From the NCBI GenBank assembly GCA_040954595.2, contig CM082576.2:606648-670647 (forward strand): a stretch of DNA of 64,000 nt, written 5' to 3'. Positions 1-14,280 of this stretch are shown piece after piece. The notes under the pieces are model-generated. The model saw nothing but the letters and a program-made list of their open reading frames with translations, did no database searches and was not told the origin of the DNA. The position numbers and the translations under genes were made by a program. Within the stretch, counting starts at the first letter, position 1; every line of letters begins with the position of its first letter. This DNA comes from Balanoglossus misakiensis (lineage: Eukaryota > Animalia > Hemichordata).

Positions 1-3000
1 TTATGAAACCATCAAAAGGTGGTTTGGGTTCATTGAGAAAAATGCAGGGCTCAAATAACTGTTGCACTTCTAACTGTTAATTTTTTTTGTTTTGTTGAAG
101 TGTATATACAATGTAAGGTGGCTGCTGGTTGAGAGTGATGTTGACTGGAGCCCTACACCAACACCTGGCTATGCTGTGCTACATTGGTTGAACTGAAACA
201 GAAGATACAGTTTGTTAACACCTTAGCTGTCATAATACACTATGCAAACTGTTGGCAGTGTTATTTGATAGCTAGCCATTATGGCTGGCTGACTGCACAG
301 CCATAAGTATCTTTAGGAATGGCTTGAGGGCACATCACCCACACACACTTGCTAACACACACTAAATGCGTCTCCACTTTTGTTGCTGTGTTTTCTTGAT
401 AAATATACGTCTATCACTGATGTGGACTCAAGTCAAAATATTGCGTCTGTAAATACGCACTCTCTATTGAAGCTACACCGACCTTCAGCTACACTCTTTC
501 AACAAGCTACCCCGACTATTCAGCGGCAACTACAGACTTGCATTGTGTACTTCTGTAACTAACACCTTCCGCATAACTCCGAGAAGTACACACATGTACA
601 ACAAAAATTAACCATCAAAGGCGATGTTCTGCACAATAATCCTTTTCAACTGAAGTGTGTGTCTTAATTTAGACTGATGTATCTAAACATTCGCTGAACT
701 TCTTTTATCCAGTGATATTTTCTTTCCAAAAATAAACTTTAGGTAAGAATATTTTCTCTTGTGGTACTCTTACTCTCTGGTGACAATTTTTTTACATTTG
801 CCTAAATGTAACCTTGAGAACATCAATAATTTAAACTAATTACAAACATTAATTGGGGGTGGCTTTAAGTTTCTCTAAGAGAGACATTTCCCCCTTTATG
901 AGTTTTTGAAAGCCAGGACAAAATGCCCAACCACTGTCAAAACCACAGTCTGTCAGCTCTTAGGATTGGAAACACTGCAGGTAGCTATAGAATGGAGGCA
1001 ATGTACGCCACTGCTGTCAATTTGCCTTGTTTGATGGGATCAGTCAATACCAACTGCTTAACCTCTGATAAAACATAAGCCAGTCTGCCGAGGGGTGGTG
1101 GCGCTGAGAAATCCCTCTGGCTAACCAGACAGGAGGTCCTATCACATCCATCAGTCGAGTGGCATACAAGTGGGTTTGTGCAGAGTACTTCACGGTAGAA
1201 CTCTTAATGATTGGCTTGAGGTTGCCTGTCCATGCTGCAGATGGTCAAGCTGGATATTACATCAAGCCTCCTCTTTCCCAGCCCCCGCCTCTCCCCCCCC
1301 CCTCTCTAAGTGACACCCATAGTTGATGATGCTCTCTATCTGATCAGATCAAACTCATGGTCACAGGTATCATGTGCACATGGTCAAGTGTAGAATGCAG
1401 GCACCTTTGTTATCAGATTGCTTCAGCTGTACCTACTTGGGAAAACATCTGTTTTGGCTTAAAATCTCTTACTTTGCCCACTTTTTAAGTCTGAAGAAAA
1501 GCTTGAAAGTGATGTAAATGGGGTCTATCCAAGGCTAACAAATATTGATTTGTGGTAGTGCACTGTCAAAGTATCTTTTCTTGTCCACACAAGTGGAGAA
1601 AACTGGTGATGATGCTAGTAAGACCTTGAGAAAAAGAATTTACTAAGCCAAACAATACTGTATCTTTCTGTTGAGAGCTTCTCAACTGGTTCAAGGTGAA
1701 CTCAAAATCTCAAAGATAATCATGCAGAGGTAATAATAGGTGACTAAAGAGAATTTTTGTTATAAGCACATATTAATCAGGGCTCTGTTTATCATATCAG
1801 TTACATAAAAATAGTAATAAATGACATGTCAAAAAGCGTTTTGATGCAAAGGAATACAAGGTTAAAATTCACAACGGAGACAATATCGCTTTTTTCTCTC
1901 TCTCTACAAGATCACTGCATGCTATCACACCATGATTGCTATACTCTCAAGATGACTACTAACTGTAAATGATAGCTTGATACACCTTCTTTTCAACTCA
2001 AACAACAATGCCTATACAATAGTGCCGATAAATACAGCTGTGTTTAACATGGACTTTGCTGAAATGTCTCACGCCCACCAGGTTGCGGCAGGCTTCAATC
2101 TAATCAAAAACAGTTTCAGAAAATTATCAGATGAGAATTTTAAAAAGTGTGAATTAAAGATACACGAGGAGAAAAATTATAGCAAACATTTTCATGACTT
2201 AATTTAAATATCTGACTGAATTAAACAACTCCAGTGACTGGGATTCCTACATCGATATTATCAAAGAATTAATTTATGTTTTTGCATTTAACACAGGAAA
2301 ACTATTGTTTTGTAATTATGTCACTTCCACAATTAGAGTGAAGAGAAAGTGTTAATGTTACATCACACTTTCACAGCTGACTGGCCCTTCCATTGAATGA
2401 CTCCAACTTTACAAAAGCATCTGGAGCTGTAATTACGCAAAGTGTGAAAAGCCCTATCATATTCAGCACAAATTGATAGCTGCGTCACAGAAAAATGACA
2501 AGCCACGCAAGCTAGTAAGATTGATTTGGTAGCTGCTGTGATTTCAAATAGCACGACCATGAGATTAATATTTTCAATTATACCTCAAGTGTTCACATGT
2601 TACTTTTTACATATTGGTTATTTGATATATACACTGTGCTGGGAAAATTTTGTACTTTTTTTCTGTTTTTCTTTTTCAAACTACCTGTTGATTACGTTAA
2701 AAACTGAAACAACTCAATTCTCAATCCCTGCAGGATATTGACCCTGTCTCTCTTCACAAAGGGTCAGGGGTCATCTGAATTTAAGCTTTTTACTCTCAAT
2801 GGCAGGATTGGAAAAGCAATTCTCGTTCTGTTTTCAGGTTTCGCCATGATGTCAAATATCACAGTGGTGATGCATTCATTATAACTTTTAGATATTTTTA
2901 GTCAGTGTCTTTCTTTGTTCTCTCTATCTGCCAGTTTCTTATTTGAATCCCCAAATTCATGTATGCTGTATTTCTAAAGTTTATCAACATAGCCCGTATT

Positions 3001-6000
3001 TATTCAGTCAGCACTCTTATTGTTGAAAACTGAATTCCAGAATGAATTAAATCTGTTCATCAACATTAAAAATGGTCATTGAACATACTTAGTTTACAGG
3101 CCTTGGTGACAAGCAGAACAGCGGGCATTTTAGCATACAACAAAAAAAATAGGATGACACATAGAACAAAATTACTGAATAAAATAGCTCAAAGTTACAA
3201 ATTTCCCTTGAAAATATTAACAGATTTCTTCTGTTGAATACATTCTAAAAACTGTGTAATCATATAATTATTGATACCACCATCTTCATCCAGAAAGCTG
3301 AAGAATGGAAAGAAGTCAAACCCAAAAAATAAAGACCATGATAACAGTGAACTTGATCAAACTTGATCAAATTTTAATCAGAGTGAAGATAAGCGCCAAG
3401 GCTGTTGCCATGTTTAGTTGTTGCTTTGTATGATTCCCTCAGAAATGACATCAACTGAACAGACCTTAAGAGGACGACTGTTTCTCTATCTGTGCCCATG
3501 AGATGCAGCAGAAATTTGAAACAGCTGCAACACCATAAGTTTGTTATATAGTTTTGGAAGTCAACTACATATTACAGAAATCTTATGGTGCAGATATCTG
3601 AATTCATAAATTACTCAAAAAGGAGAGACTTTCTAGATTTCTGATGCAGATTCATCTTTAATGTGTGACATCTTCATCAAGCTGTCAAATCAGATGAGAC
3701 TTAACAATGTCACTCCCATTTACCTGTGGGTGGATCCACCCACGCCATTGAAAACAAATGGGTCAGACCAAAGACTGGCGGTGTCAGGGGTAATCCATCC
3801 CTAGCCCCATTACCAGTAACTGTTTTCTGAACCAAAATAAAAAAAAATCCCAGCTACCAACGCTTATCTTTACAAATACAGGTGACGCCCAGATAGTACA
3901 CTGCCAAAAAACCCAGAGATGTGAACTTTTGAGCCAAAGGTGAATAAGATGTATACTGTAGATTAGAGTCCATAATACCCATGGCGTGAGGAGAAAAACC
4001 CTACAGGTACTAAACTGATAACATATTGTGTACATAGCATTCATATGGCAGTGATTGCTAGGCTAGTTCCATCAGAATCAACAGTATCCCAAATATCAAT
4101 TTGTGGCGTTGCTAACGCCAGCATGATGACAATACACTCCATGTTTCCATCTTTTTATCTGTCATAACTTTATCGGCAAGCCTACGTGATATTGCCATGC
4201 TGGGCCATGAAATATGACAGCTTTTTAGAATGATTGTGTTGATACTGTCCAATTACCTAGGAACACTGAACATCAGACAGTTTGTTCACTCATATCAGTA
4301 CAATATTGCAAGCAAACTATGTTTGAACAAGAAAAATGCACATTTGCAATTTCAGTCTGCCATTTTTTTTCCATTGCAATATGTTACTAATGTCATGAAA
4401 AATATTTTTCTTGCCCAAACATAGACTTTACTTAATTCTTGATTAATTTTTAGATTTTTATATGTGATGGTAACCACGCAGGCAGAATATCGCACAAATT
4501 GTTAGATTAACTGTGCTGATAAAACATCTGCCGAGTTTGATCACATGATCATCCTGTATTTGGCCAGTTTATCACATGACCATCAATCAATTCCTTGGAC
4601 ACGGTCCGACCTTATAAGAAAAACTGAATTTTGGAAAAACATTATCATATGGTAAGATTATGTTATTTTTTGTTCTGAAGTTCTTTTTGTTACTTTTGGG
4701 GGTTAAACTACCCAAATGTGTGCAATAAATATCATTGAATGGCAAATGTGAAAGAAGTCTTTGCAGGCTCAATATTATTTTTCTATAATCAACAGTTTGG
4801 GATATCACAATATGAAAAATTTCTAAGGACAGCCATTTTACACACTGTGGCCTTACATTGCAATACAGATATCTTCGTTGGTCAAGTTGTATCTCAGGTA
4901 AGGCAGACCCTTGCTTAGTTACACCTCAGTAGGACACTGTTTCGACAAAAGATATTTTGACTCCAAAGCATAGTGACCTCAATAAGTCAAGTTTCGTGAC
5001 GGAACCCAACACCTGTGCCTTAGCAACGGCTCATAGTACATGTACGTTGAAATGACATTAAACTTAACATTAAAGTTATTCTTCAGCAATTTTTTTTCCA
5101 TCTGAGATTGTAACGAAACATGAACAATGGAGTGAAAAGATAAGGTTAGACTAATAGAGGTAGTATATTGGTTCATGAAGAGTATCTAGATCAACAATTA
5201 CAAACTATATTGCTACTTCATTCCAGAAAAGTTGATAACATGATTTATTCTGGGTTTAAAATTCAGCAAACTAAAATCAAACTTCTGTATTCACTTACAA
5301 TGTACTAAGTTACAGTCAAAGACATAATGTCACATGAAAGCAGAGAGAGACATCAGTTGTCTAATATTTTGAGAAGAGAAGACAACAAAGACGAAAAAAC
5401 AGTTCTGGGAAATAAATGCATTTGCCATGGGCTACAGTTGTCTGTTATCACCGTAAAATAAACTTCATTTGAGGCATGGACCTGACAATGACAATGCTGC
5501 AATTTGCCATGGAGGTTTTTGTATGTCACTGTACAAGACACAATTTAGCCCCAATAGGGCTGACAGAAAATACAATATGATACCCATTTGAGAGGGGGAA
5601 AAACTCTGCCAGATTTAAGAGGCTGGATTTGTCATGTTGTAACAACAGTGGAAGAGAAAGAAACTGGTATTGATTTTACGGCATTCACATGGCTGCAGGC
5701 GGAGTTGGGGTGCACCATCAAAGTATTTCTTAGAGATACCTTGTGACAAACATTCTGTTTTGACAGTTTTGTCTGCAAAGACTGCACTTCTGAATATTCC
5801 ATTTAAACCATGTCAAGTCTATGTTTGCCACTGACAGATGCCTTCTCAGGGGTTACTATCATCAACTTTCCATCTTTGTTATCAACTGCTTTGTTCGATA
5901 GAAACTTTTGATAAAGACTGGAATGTCTGGGTGCATTTTACAAGTGATCATGGTTCGTTTTCTTTATCAGAACATGTAAAAAGAATCAATTTAGGGTTGA

Positions 6001-7615
6001 CATGATACTCTTAGAGTCAGTAATGATATCTTTGCTTCGTTTTGTAAAATTGTAACATGTAATGATAGGTCTTCTTCAATACCGATGGTCAATAAGTTAC
6101 CATTTACACTCAAACTTTTGAACATTAAATACATGAGATTGGCAAAGTTTTCTATCCACATCAGTATTGCTTCATAAATTTGTCATTCAGTTACGCCTCC
6201 TTTGGGGAGAGAGCCAACACACATGGTTGGTTGGCAAAGCTGCTGGCTACATCTGACCATCTGTTTAAAGTTAACATGTAAATGCACAGGTGATAAATTT
6301 CACATTCTGAATGGCAACTGATGTGGTTACGGTGAAATGCAGCATAAAAACAGCGACCCACCTTCACAAAGTCTGACTGCATGTCACAAAGGTATTTCAG
6401 AGTGATGGATGGTGCCAGATTATCAACTCACAAACGCAGACTAACCGCTATAAAAATGCAGAGATAAGACAAACTGGAACGTTCTTCCGGAATTAACTGA
6501 AACGTGTCACATTTCTGATGCAGGCGGCATGTCCATGTGGGAGGAGATCTCAGAGAGGGCATTCTATCTACAATCAAGTAACCATAGTCTGCCATGATGC
6601 ACTGAAGTCAGAGTACTATGAATCGCCCGTAAGCACGGCAACCAACACAACATCGAAGCTTGCTGTTCTGACCCACCTTTTAGGTTGTTTAAAGATGATA
6701 TAAAGACATAAAGTTATCAAGGGCTTAACACACTGGCGACCCGGCACCAGGGGTCATCGAGATATATATGATTACAGGAATAACAGCAAAGTTGTGCATT
6801 GATACGGCCAAGTGGTAAAACAATCAAAATGTCTGTGAAATACCAGAGTTGCTGTAAATTCCCTTTTCAATGAATTCTGGGCTATAATTTCTTACATTAT
6901 TTTGTGACTTGCCTTTGGAATAGCAGCTGAGCACACACTTGATTGAGGAAGCAGATATTTTATTTTTACACCTTTATCAGGCAGCTCTATAACACTTGTC
7001 TGATTCTATCAATTATCCCACTATCATATATATTGTGTGTATTAGAAATCAATGTAGTTGACACGGCTACATGTATGAATGTTTCACTGATGTTGCCATA
7101 ACAGTCGCTGGTGACCTATGAACTGGCTGTGATAGCAACCGTCATATACTAGTGTCATTGGCACAAACGTACCATTACGTACAAAATTCATTAATCACAA
7201 CAGTGCCATCGCCATCATATACTACGCAATGCAGTCCCACAATTATATCTTTTTGCAGGCTTTCAATTATTATTCTCTATTCGAGGAAGTAAAATCATTA
7301 AAAATTCTTGTTGATAACTAAATTCATGTGTCTGGATCCAAACACACCTCGGAAACCAATGGAAGTAGACTCCACTATGACCATGACAGGTTAAATTATC
7401 ATACAGGAAGTTTAAAACAAACAAAACAAGCAGGCAGATACTGTTTATTTCTTGGTAAAATGGACCACAAGTTGGTAAAATCTGACTCAGAGACAGGAAA
7501 TCAAACAGTCAATCCTGGCCAAAGTAAACTGGCCTACGCTGCATGGTTACGGGTGGAAATGAAGATCAAATAGAGACAGCCAGTCAGATAGAGAGGCACT
7601 TGGTGATCAGATCAC

Positions 7616-7640
7616 CAGACAGACAGACAGACAGACAGAC

Positions 7641-7671
<31 letters not shown>

Positions 7672-7682
7672 TACAGACAGAC
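7616..7682. repeat. Compound (CAGA)n/(GA)n microsatellite
   Basis: Directly visible: cagacagacag...agagagagag...agacagacatacagacagac. Confidence 0.95.
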
Positions 7683-10600
7683 TGCCTGGCTGGCTGACTA
7701 ATGTACAGTTAACATATGATTATCAAAGACAACAAAGATAACCAGACCAGAAAGACAAACAATCAGCCATGTCCTCACCCAGGACAGATTGCAGCTCCTC
7801 CCCTAAACCAAACAACACTTGACAGAGGCAAAGCCACCCCAACCTCACATCTCACCCCTCCTTGTTCAGAAATGTATGCTGTACAGAAAAGAATCATGGA
7901 GGAATACTGATGAAAATATTTTTGGTTGCATCAAAAGAATCAATGAAGCAGATATTTGCTTACTGGTATCTCTAACAGAGAATGAGGTATCAGAAATGGA
8001 TACACTTTATCTGATACATATCAACCATAAAAATATTTTCAACACATTGTGTCCCCTAGGATATATCACACTATGTATTAAGTACAACCAATGGTACATG
8101 CTCTCCTCTGCACCTCTTACATATATATCAAAATAATTATTCATTATTTAAAAAATGTTCAAACTTTTAGGCACTGCAATTTTCAATGCGTCAGAAAAAA
8201 TGATCCAAAAATTGCTATATTTACTGGCAATTTCCCATCATATCTTCTTTAAAAATTGACAATTATCAAAAAAATTCAACATGTAGTACATTCCATGACA
8301 GGTTTGAAAGTTACATCCCGTGACCTTAAACATTAATATTTACAAAGTGTAGAGACAATATTCTCATTGTTGGGCAAGGTCAGACAGGGTATCACAGTAA
8401 TACGTAAAGTCAACAGTTTAGGAAACATATTTTCACATTTCTTTCTGTATGAATTGTTTGACCACTCAGAAAGCTGATGGTATAATCTGAAAAATCAACA
8501 GCTTCCTTCCAATGATGTATATTCTAGTTGAAGTAAGAAGCTTTAAATACAAAGTGGGTCTTCACTGTCTGCTTCTCAAATTAGTTCTTGTTTACATCAT
8601 CTTAATCCTTTTTTTTCTATTGAAAAATCAATGAAGTTTATACTTTTGCTTTTAGATAAGCTCATTATTGTCTTTTTTGCAAATACACATTCATTTTCTG
8701 TTCTCTATGTCAAAGACAGGGTGATGTATAGTCAATACATATCATTAAATGTCTTCCCGATGAATCATGATTTATATTAATTGATTACTCACATTATCAA
8801 TATTGATTATTAAATATCACTACACAGAATGTCAACAAAGTCTGTCCAAGTGCTCTGCTAAACAGCAAAGCAACAGTTTTCCTGATGATCCAGAGCAGGA
8901 AAAGCTGACAGACACGGCACATACCACTGCGAGAAGTGAGAACTATTGACCCTACATGTCAAATACTGTGGTAGTAGGAAATCAAACGGGTTTGTTGAGG
9001 GTACCATTTTGTTGGCATTTGACACATATGAAAAGAGTCACCAGTGTATCAATACAATCACACCATTAAATCAGTTTACTAATCCCCCATCCACAACTGG
9101 TTATGCTGCAACCAGTGCAACGCTTTCACTTTGTAATAATCATCATCATCATAATCATCATGATAAAAAAAGATCATTAAATAAATGAAGAAAGATGAGC
9201 TGGGCTATCATGAATTAGGGCTATCATTAGTGCGTTTTTGACAATGTCACTCACTGGAAGCGGACATTGAAAGACGACAATGCGACAGGAAAGACCATCC
9301 CTGACAAATTGCATCAATTAGTTTGTAGCCTGAAAAGCTTCCTGATTCACAGTGTCCACTTGTACAAATAGGCCTTCAATTCCACATCCGAGATACGCAA
9401 AGAGTGTATTCTTGTGTCTGGAGTAACCCATGGCTACGACCTCAATGTCTGGACAAAAGAGGACCACATAATTGGAGAGAATCCGAGCAAGATTCTGAAA
9501 ATCAAAATACCATCTTCCCTAAAAAACACCCTACCCCAACCAGTATACAATTTGCCGTTGCAAGCATACATTATGCACAGCAAACCACTAATTAGGACTC
9601 ATGCCTGAAGATGCAAAAGGAGTCAAACTTTTGATCATGAAATGCAACTCAAGATGGAGATTTCACTCTCTTTTGAGAAATGCTTGGCACACAAAAACTG
9701 ATCTTTCAAGTCAACAGCGTGCGATTCCAATAAAGCTTGCGGCACAAACACACAGGAATCACTACTTGCAGGAATCTCAAAGATGAATATATAGACTCTC
9801 TGTATATTCCACCGTGATTTTGCTGATATACTCTGATGTATTGCTGACTCTATGACCTCCTGTTGACCCCCACCACTGATACTGCACCGATACCCAGTAC
9901 TGTGTATATTCCAACTGTCTCTCTTTCCATTCAATTCCACCAATCTATATTCCCATTCAACATTATTGTGATAATCCTTCAGTCAAACAGGAAACACAAC
10001 AATTGACTGGTGTCAGACTAAATATAATGTATTGATTTGTTTTATGGATGTTGGAAATCTTTTCTTTTCATGACAGCTCACTACGGCAGTCGAAACGTTT
10101 TTACTGGATTTCCTTTTCGTTTTATTAATTCACCTCTGCCTGTCATTATTTCATGAACTTTGATTTGTCAGACACACACTGAATGGCTTCCCCCTCTCCG
10201 TTATCTCGGGTTCCTGACTTCTAGTTTCATCCATGCTCAACTCATTCTACATTCAGCTTTTGCAGAGAGGTAGACGCCAAAATCACAGGCATACCACGGG
10301 GAAGAGGGGGTTACTCAACTCTATCACAGGTATTTTTTTATTCTTTAGAGTCTACTGGATGAGAACACAAATGTTCAATTTTGGGATGTTCAGGCTGCTT
10401 GGGCTTGAATTGGTTTTCAATGTCCGTCGTTTTTCCCCCAGGATTTTAATACTTTCCCTAACAAAGTTATAAACTGTTAACACCAGTTTCCTTCTTCACA
10501 ACATCAACGTGAGTTAAAATAGCCAGATTTTTCTAATTACTATTTTTCTTAACAACACCTAAAGCTATAACATATCAGTTTTCATGTCCTTGATCCCCAG

Positions 10601-12461
10601 TAAAAGAGGGAATTCATTAAAAACAAAGAAGATATGTTTGACATCTGTTGATTCTTTTGCACAAAACGACATAATGGTAGAGAAGCCTTTTTTCCAGCTT
10701 TCTAAAATTATATAATTTCTGAGGATTTACCCTTAACCCAACATAATATATTGTGTAAAATATAAAATTAGGCCAGTAAATCTCAAAATAGGCCTGTTGA
10801 CATTCATTTCCATGTCCATGTTCTGTGCTCATTTCAATCTTGTCTCTCTTTTCTGATGCTCTTTAATGTTTCTTATTCAACTCTGGATAGCTTCATGATA
10901 CCAATCTTTTCAACATAGCCTGTATATGAGCAACAGCTATTGAGACTTTTGACAAATGAAATTCAATGTTCAAGTCCAGGCTTGAATTCAATTTTTAATA
11001 ATAACAATGCTGGTTGAACTAGCTGAGCTGTCTAATTTCACTCCCATGATCTGAGTAATCTGATCTAGACAACTTGTCAATCCTTTTATGTGATTACAAT
11101 TCCTGAGTTTTCATCCATATAATTATTTCAAAATCAATGAGTTTCATTTCATTCAAGCAATTTTTGGTTTCAGTTCTCTTTTAATGAAGGTCAAGTTCCC
11201 TGCACACGGTTTAATAATATCTACATTAAAAGATCACATTGCACAGCATTACACTACATTGTATACACTCTAAATTGTCCATGATGCACTAGTCAATTAC
11301 CTCTTTCCCGATGGTTTCCACATTACCCAAAACGATAGTGGTACTTTTACCTCTTTCTTCCATGTTTCAAGCCAATACATGCTCCTAACACTCCTTATTT
11401 GATTTCCTGACTTTCAGACAATGCATCAAATCAACAATTGCTACTTGGAAATAATCCTTATATTTTGTTATGGTCAAAAAATATCACAACTTGACATGTA
11501 AACACTGGTTCACTTTACTTTTGTTCATTTTTGGTTTGGGTTGGAATAAATGAAGTCTTTGTGGGTGGGGGTGGGCTGTAGCGCCAGTAGGTCAAAGCAT
11601 TTCTTGTCACATTTTCATATACAATTAGTTGAGTTTGTGTGTGCTTGTTCCAATTTTCCTCAGCCCCTGATGGACATCAACCCATCCAGTTCTGAAGGAA
11701 CAATGCATATTATTTTTGAATGAAATGTCAACATATGGGTGAGAATTTGACATTGTTTATCTATGGATGGATGGTGACCACTCTTGGGCCTCAATGACAC
11801 ACTTGGGACATTCACTTCTGAAGGAAACTCTCAAAGATCAAACGACAATACTTCACTTGATTTTTCCTGATGAATGTATCGAACAATCTTTTCTGAGAGT
11901 CAAGTAGAAATTGATAATGCATTAGTACATCATCAGATATTGTACACAACGTTGAAATTATAAAACTTCCAGACATATGGATGACCAGTGCATAGAAAAG
12001 AAGCCATTGCAATCACGTTGTGAATGACCAATCAGTAAATGAAGCCAGTTTATTTCATAGGATTGGATGAAGTGCTTAAAAAATTTGAAATTTGGTTGGT
12101 TGAGTTTTTCACCCACGCGTTTCTTACAATATGAGTCGGTATGAGGCGATTGAACTTGTCTGAAACTACGAAATTTGGCCAAAATGTAGCACCAACTTGT
12201 GGGTAGCTTGTGAGGTCCGTGTGGCTTTTCCATACAAACTGCTCCTCTGTTCATGGTCTTTGGAGGTGACAATTTGCTAACAATGACAAAGATGCTGAAA
12301 GCTATTTAACTGTCTTTATAAATGTGTTAACAGGGAAGTGTATGGCAACTGTACGTTTGTCTTTTCAACACATTTCTTTGTCTTCTAAATGGTTCAACTA
12401 ATAAAACAGATGATCAGAAGTCCTTGGGTGAGTGGTTAATAAATTGATATAGAGTATGACA

Positions 12462-12617
12462 CTGATTGATTGATGGCTGGCTGGCTGTTGGGTGGATGGA
12501 TGGATGGATGGATGGATGGATGGATGGATGGATGGATGGATGGATGGATGGATGGATGGATGGACGGATGGACAGACGGATGGATGGATGGATGGCTGGT
12601 TGGATGGATGGATGGAT
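12462..12617. repeat. (TGGA)n tetranucleotide microsatellite with degenerate flanks
   Basis: Pure (TGGA)18 at 12493-12564, flanked by TGAT/TGGC variants on the left and CGGA/CAGA/TGGC variants on the right. It produces the spurious HPSI/WMDG ORFs. Confidence 0.97.
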
Positions 12618-14236
12618 AAATAGAGGGTTGGTTGGTAAAGCGCACAGTATATTCAGACATTGATTTAACTGTATGCATGTGTGTTGGTGTCATGAAGGCA
12701 CCATTTAATATAAAGAGAAGTGACCAAAAAGTATAATACCTGAAATCTAGCATTGTATCTATGCTATACATATCCTAAATCATCCCGAGTAACAAACAGT
12801 CCACTGAACAGAGAACCAATCTTAATTCTCAGAGAGGGACGTTGCTAATTTTGGAACAATGTGAAATGTTGAAAAAGTGGGATCAGGTTCGTGTACGATG
12901 TGTGAAATTTTCACAGAGATGTAAACAACAAAAAGTCTTGTTAAAAGGTAAGCAGTTATTTTGACCAACTATTGCTCTTAATGTACATCCATCTGGCACT
13001 CAATTTTCCACACAGTCAGAGAATCAAACAGATCTGTGCATGTCAAGGACTGAGTTAAACACAATTAGACTTTTACATAAAACCATGTGAAAAGGATTCC
13101 ACGCTTTGAAACGGTACAATAAATTTTTTTTCAAACACATTTAAAGTCAGATGCGACTGTTTACATTTAAAAATTAAGCAAACAAATCCATTGACACAAA
13201 AGGCTGTAGAGGATTTAGCCAGCCATACTGTGTGGAATATTGACATTACATGCGCAATCTTTTGATACCCTAGAAACAGTCCTCTGCAAAAGAGATTAGG
13301 TTATAACTGACTGAAAATGCAACCTGACAAAATTGCATTGGTCTGACTTTTTCTATCAAAGCTTTTCACAATTAACAACCAAGTGTAAACTTGAAATTTG
13401 AGCTTGTTTCTGGAAAGTCTGATGGCCTAGTTGAAAAATAATTTAAAATATAATTGTTGATTATAGCATTAGCACAAAGAAATTTAAAAAGTTAACAGAT
13501 TTTAGTATATGACAGTTGTGAATATGAATTGCATTTCATTTTTTTCAGTAAAATTCCTTTGCTGACATGTACACTGAAAGGAGACATTATAAACAACACA
13601 GCCAAACTATCAAGAATATTGGTACTTCCACGCCAAATTCGTAAAGCAAGCGCTTTCAGCATTTTAATGATGAAATGCACAACAGGATTTAGTTTAAATT
13701 TCAAATTCTTAAGAATAGTATTATTTAGCATGGACATAGGGCTGTGATTCATGGTTAAATGAATATTTTTACAAAATCTGTATCTTGCCTGTGGTGTCTG
13801 TCTGTTTGTCTGTTCCCTCCCCCTCAGACAATCACAGCAATGAACTTCCTGAAAGACATATTGTACACTGTTTCTGGTCCTACTTAAAAGAAGTAGTTCA
13901 TTTAATGAAAACCACAGAGTTATCTCACTCCAACAGGGCTGGTAGGGTCATGGTCTATAAAACCTTCAAACTCACACTCTTCCAGAGTATGTTTGAAATA
14001 CAATGTTTGTTAAGGGCCATATGAGTGCCTGAGCGAACAAATTACCTGTTTGCTTTAATATCTCATAAATCAGGGGACTCATTAATATGCGTCCTGAGCT
14101 TCAGTTGTGAATACAGGCAGAAGTGCAAGAAAATTAATGAAAATAATAGGCTATTCCCATTGCAGTGGGCATTGACATTTTCACAATGAAAACTTTCATC
14201 AGTCAGTTTTGACAAACAGGCAATTCAGAAGCCACC

Positions 14237-14280
14237 ACTCCCATCATGCACTGCAGCGTTGAATTCACAACATGGCTGCC
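14237..14280 (+). promoter_or_regulatory. Candidate ZNF143/Staf site with an adjacent YY1-like motif
   Basis: actcccatcatgcactgca (14237-14255) matches 18/19 positions of the Staf consensus YYWCCCRNMATSCMYYRCR. caacatggctgcc (14268-14280) resembles the YY1 motif. This is a motif match only. Confidence 0.35.

Noticed and set aside
985-1200. Minus-strand frame containing RDFSAPPPLGR, faintly like the human XRN2 end (KYPLPPPSGR)
   Set aside because: The similarity is limited to a few prolines, the flanking peptide is unlike XRN2, and there is only a weak AAG acceptor.
12436-12771. ORFs with HPSI/WMDG repeats
   Set aside because: Translation artefacts of the (TGGA)n microsatellite.
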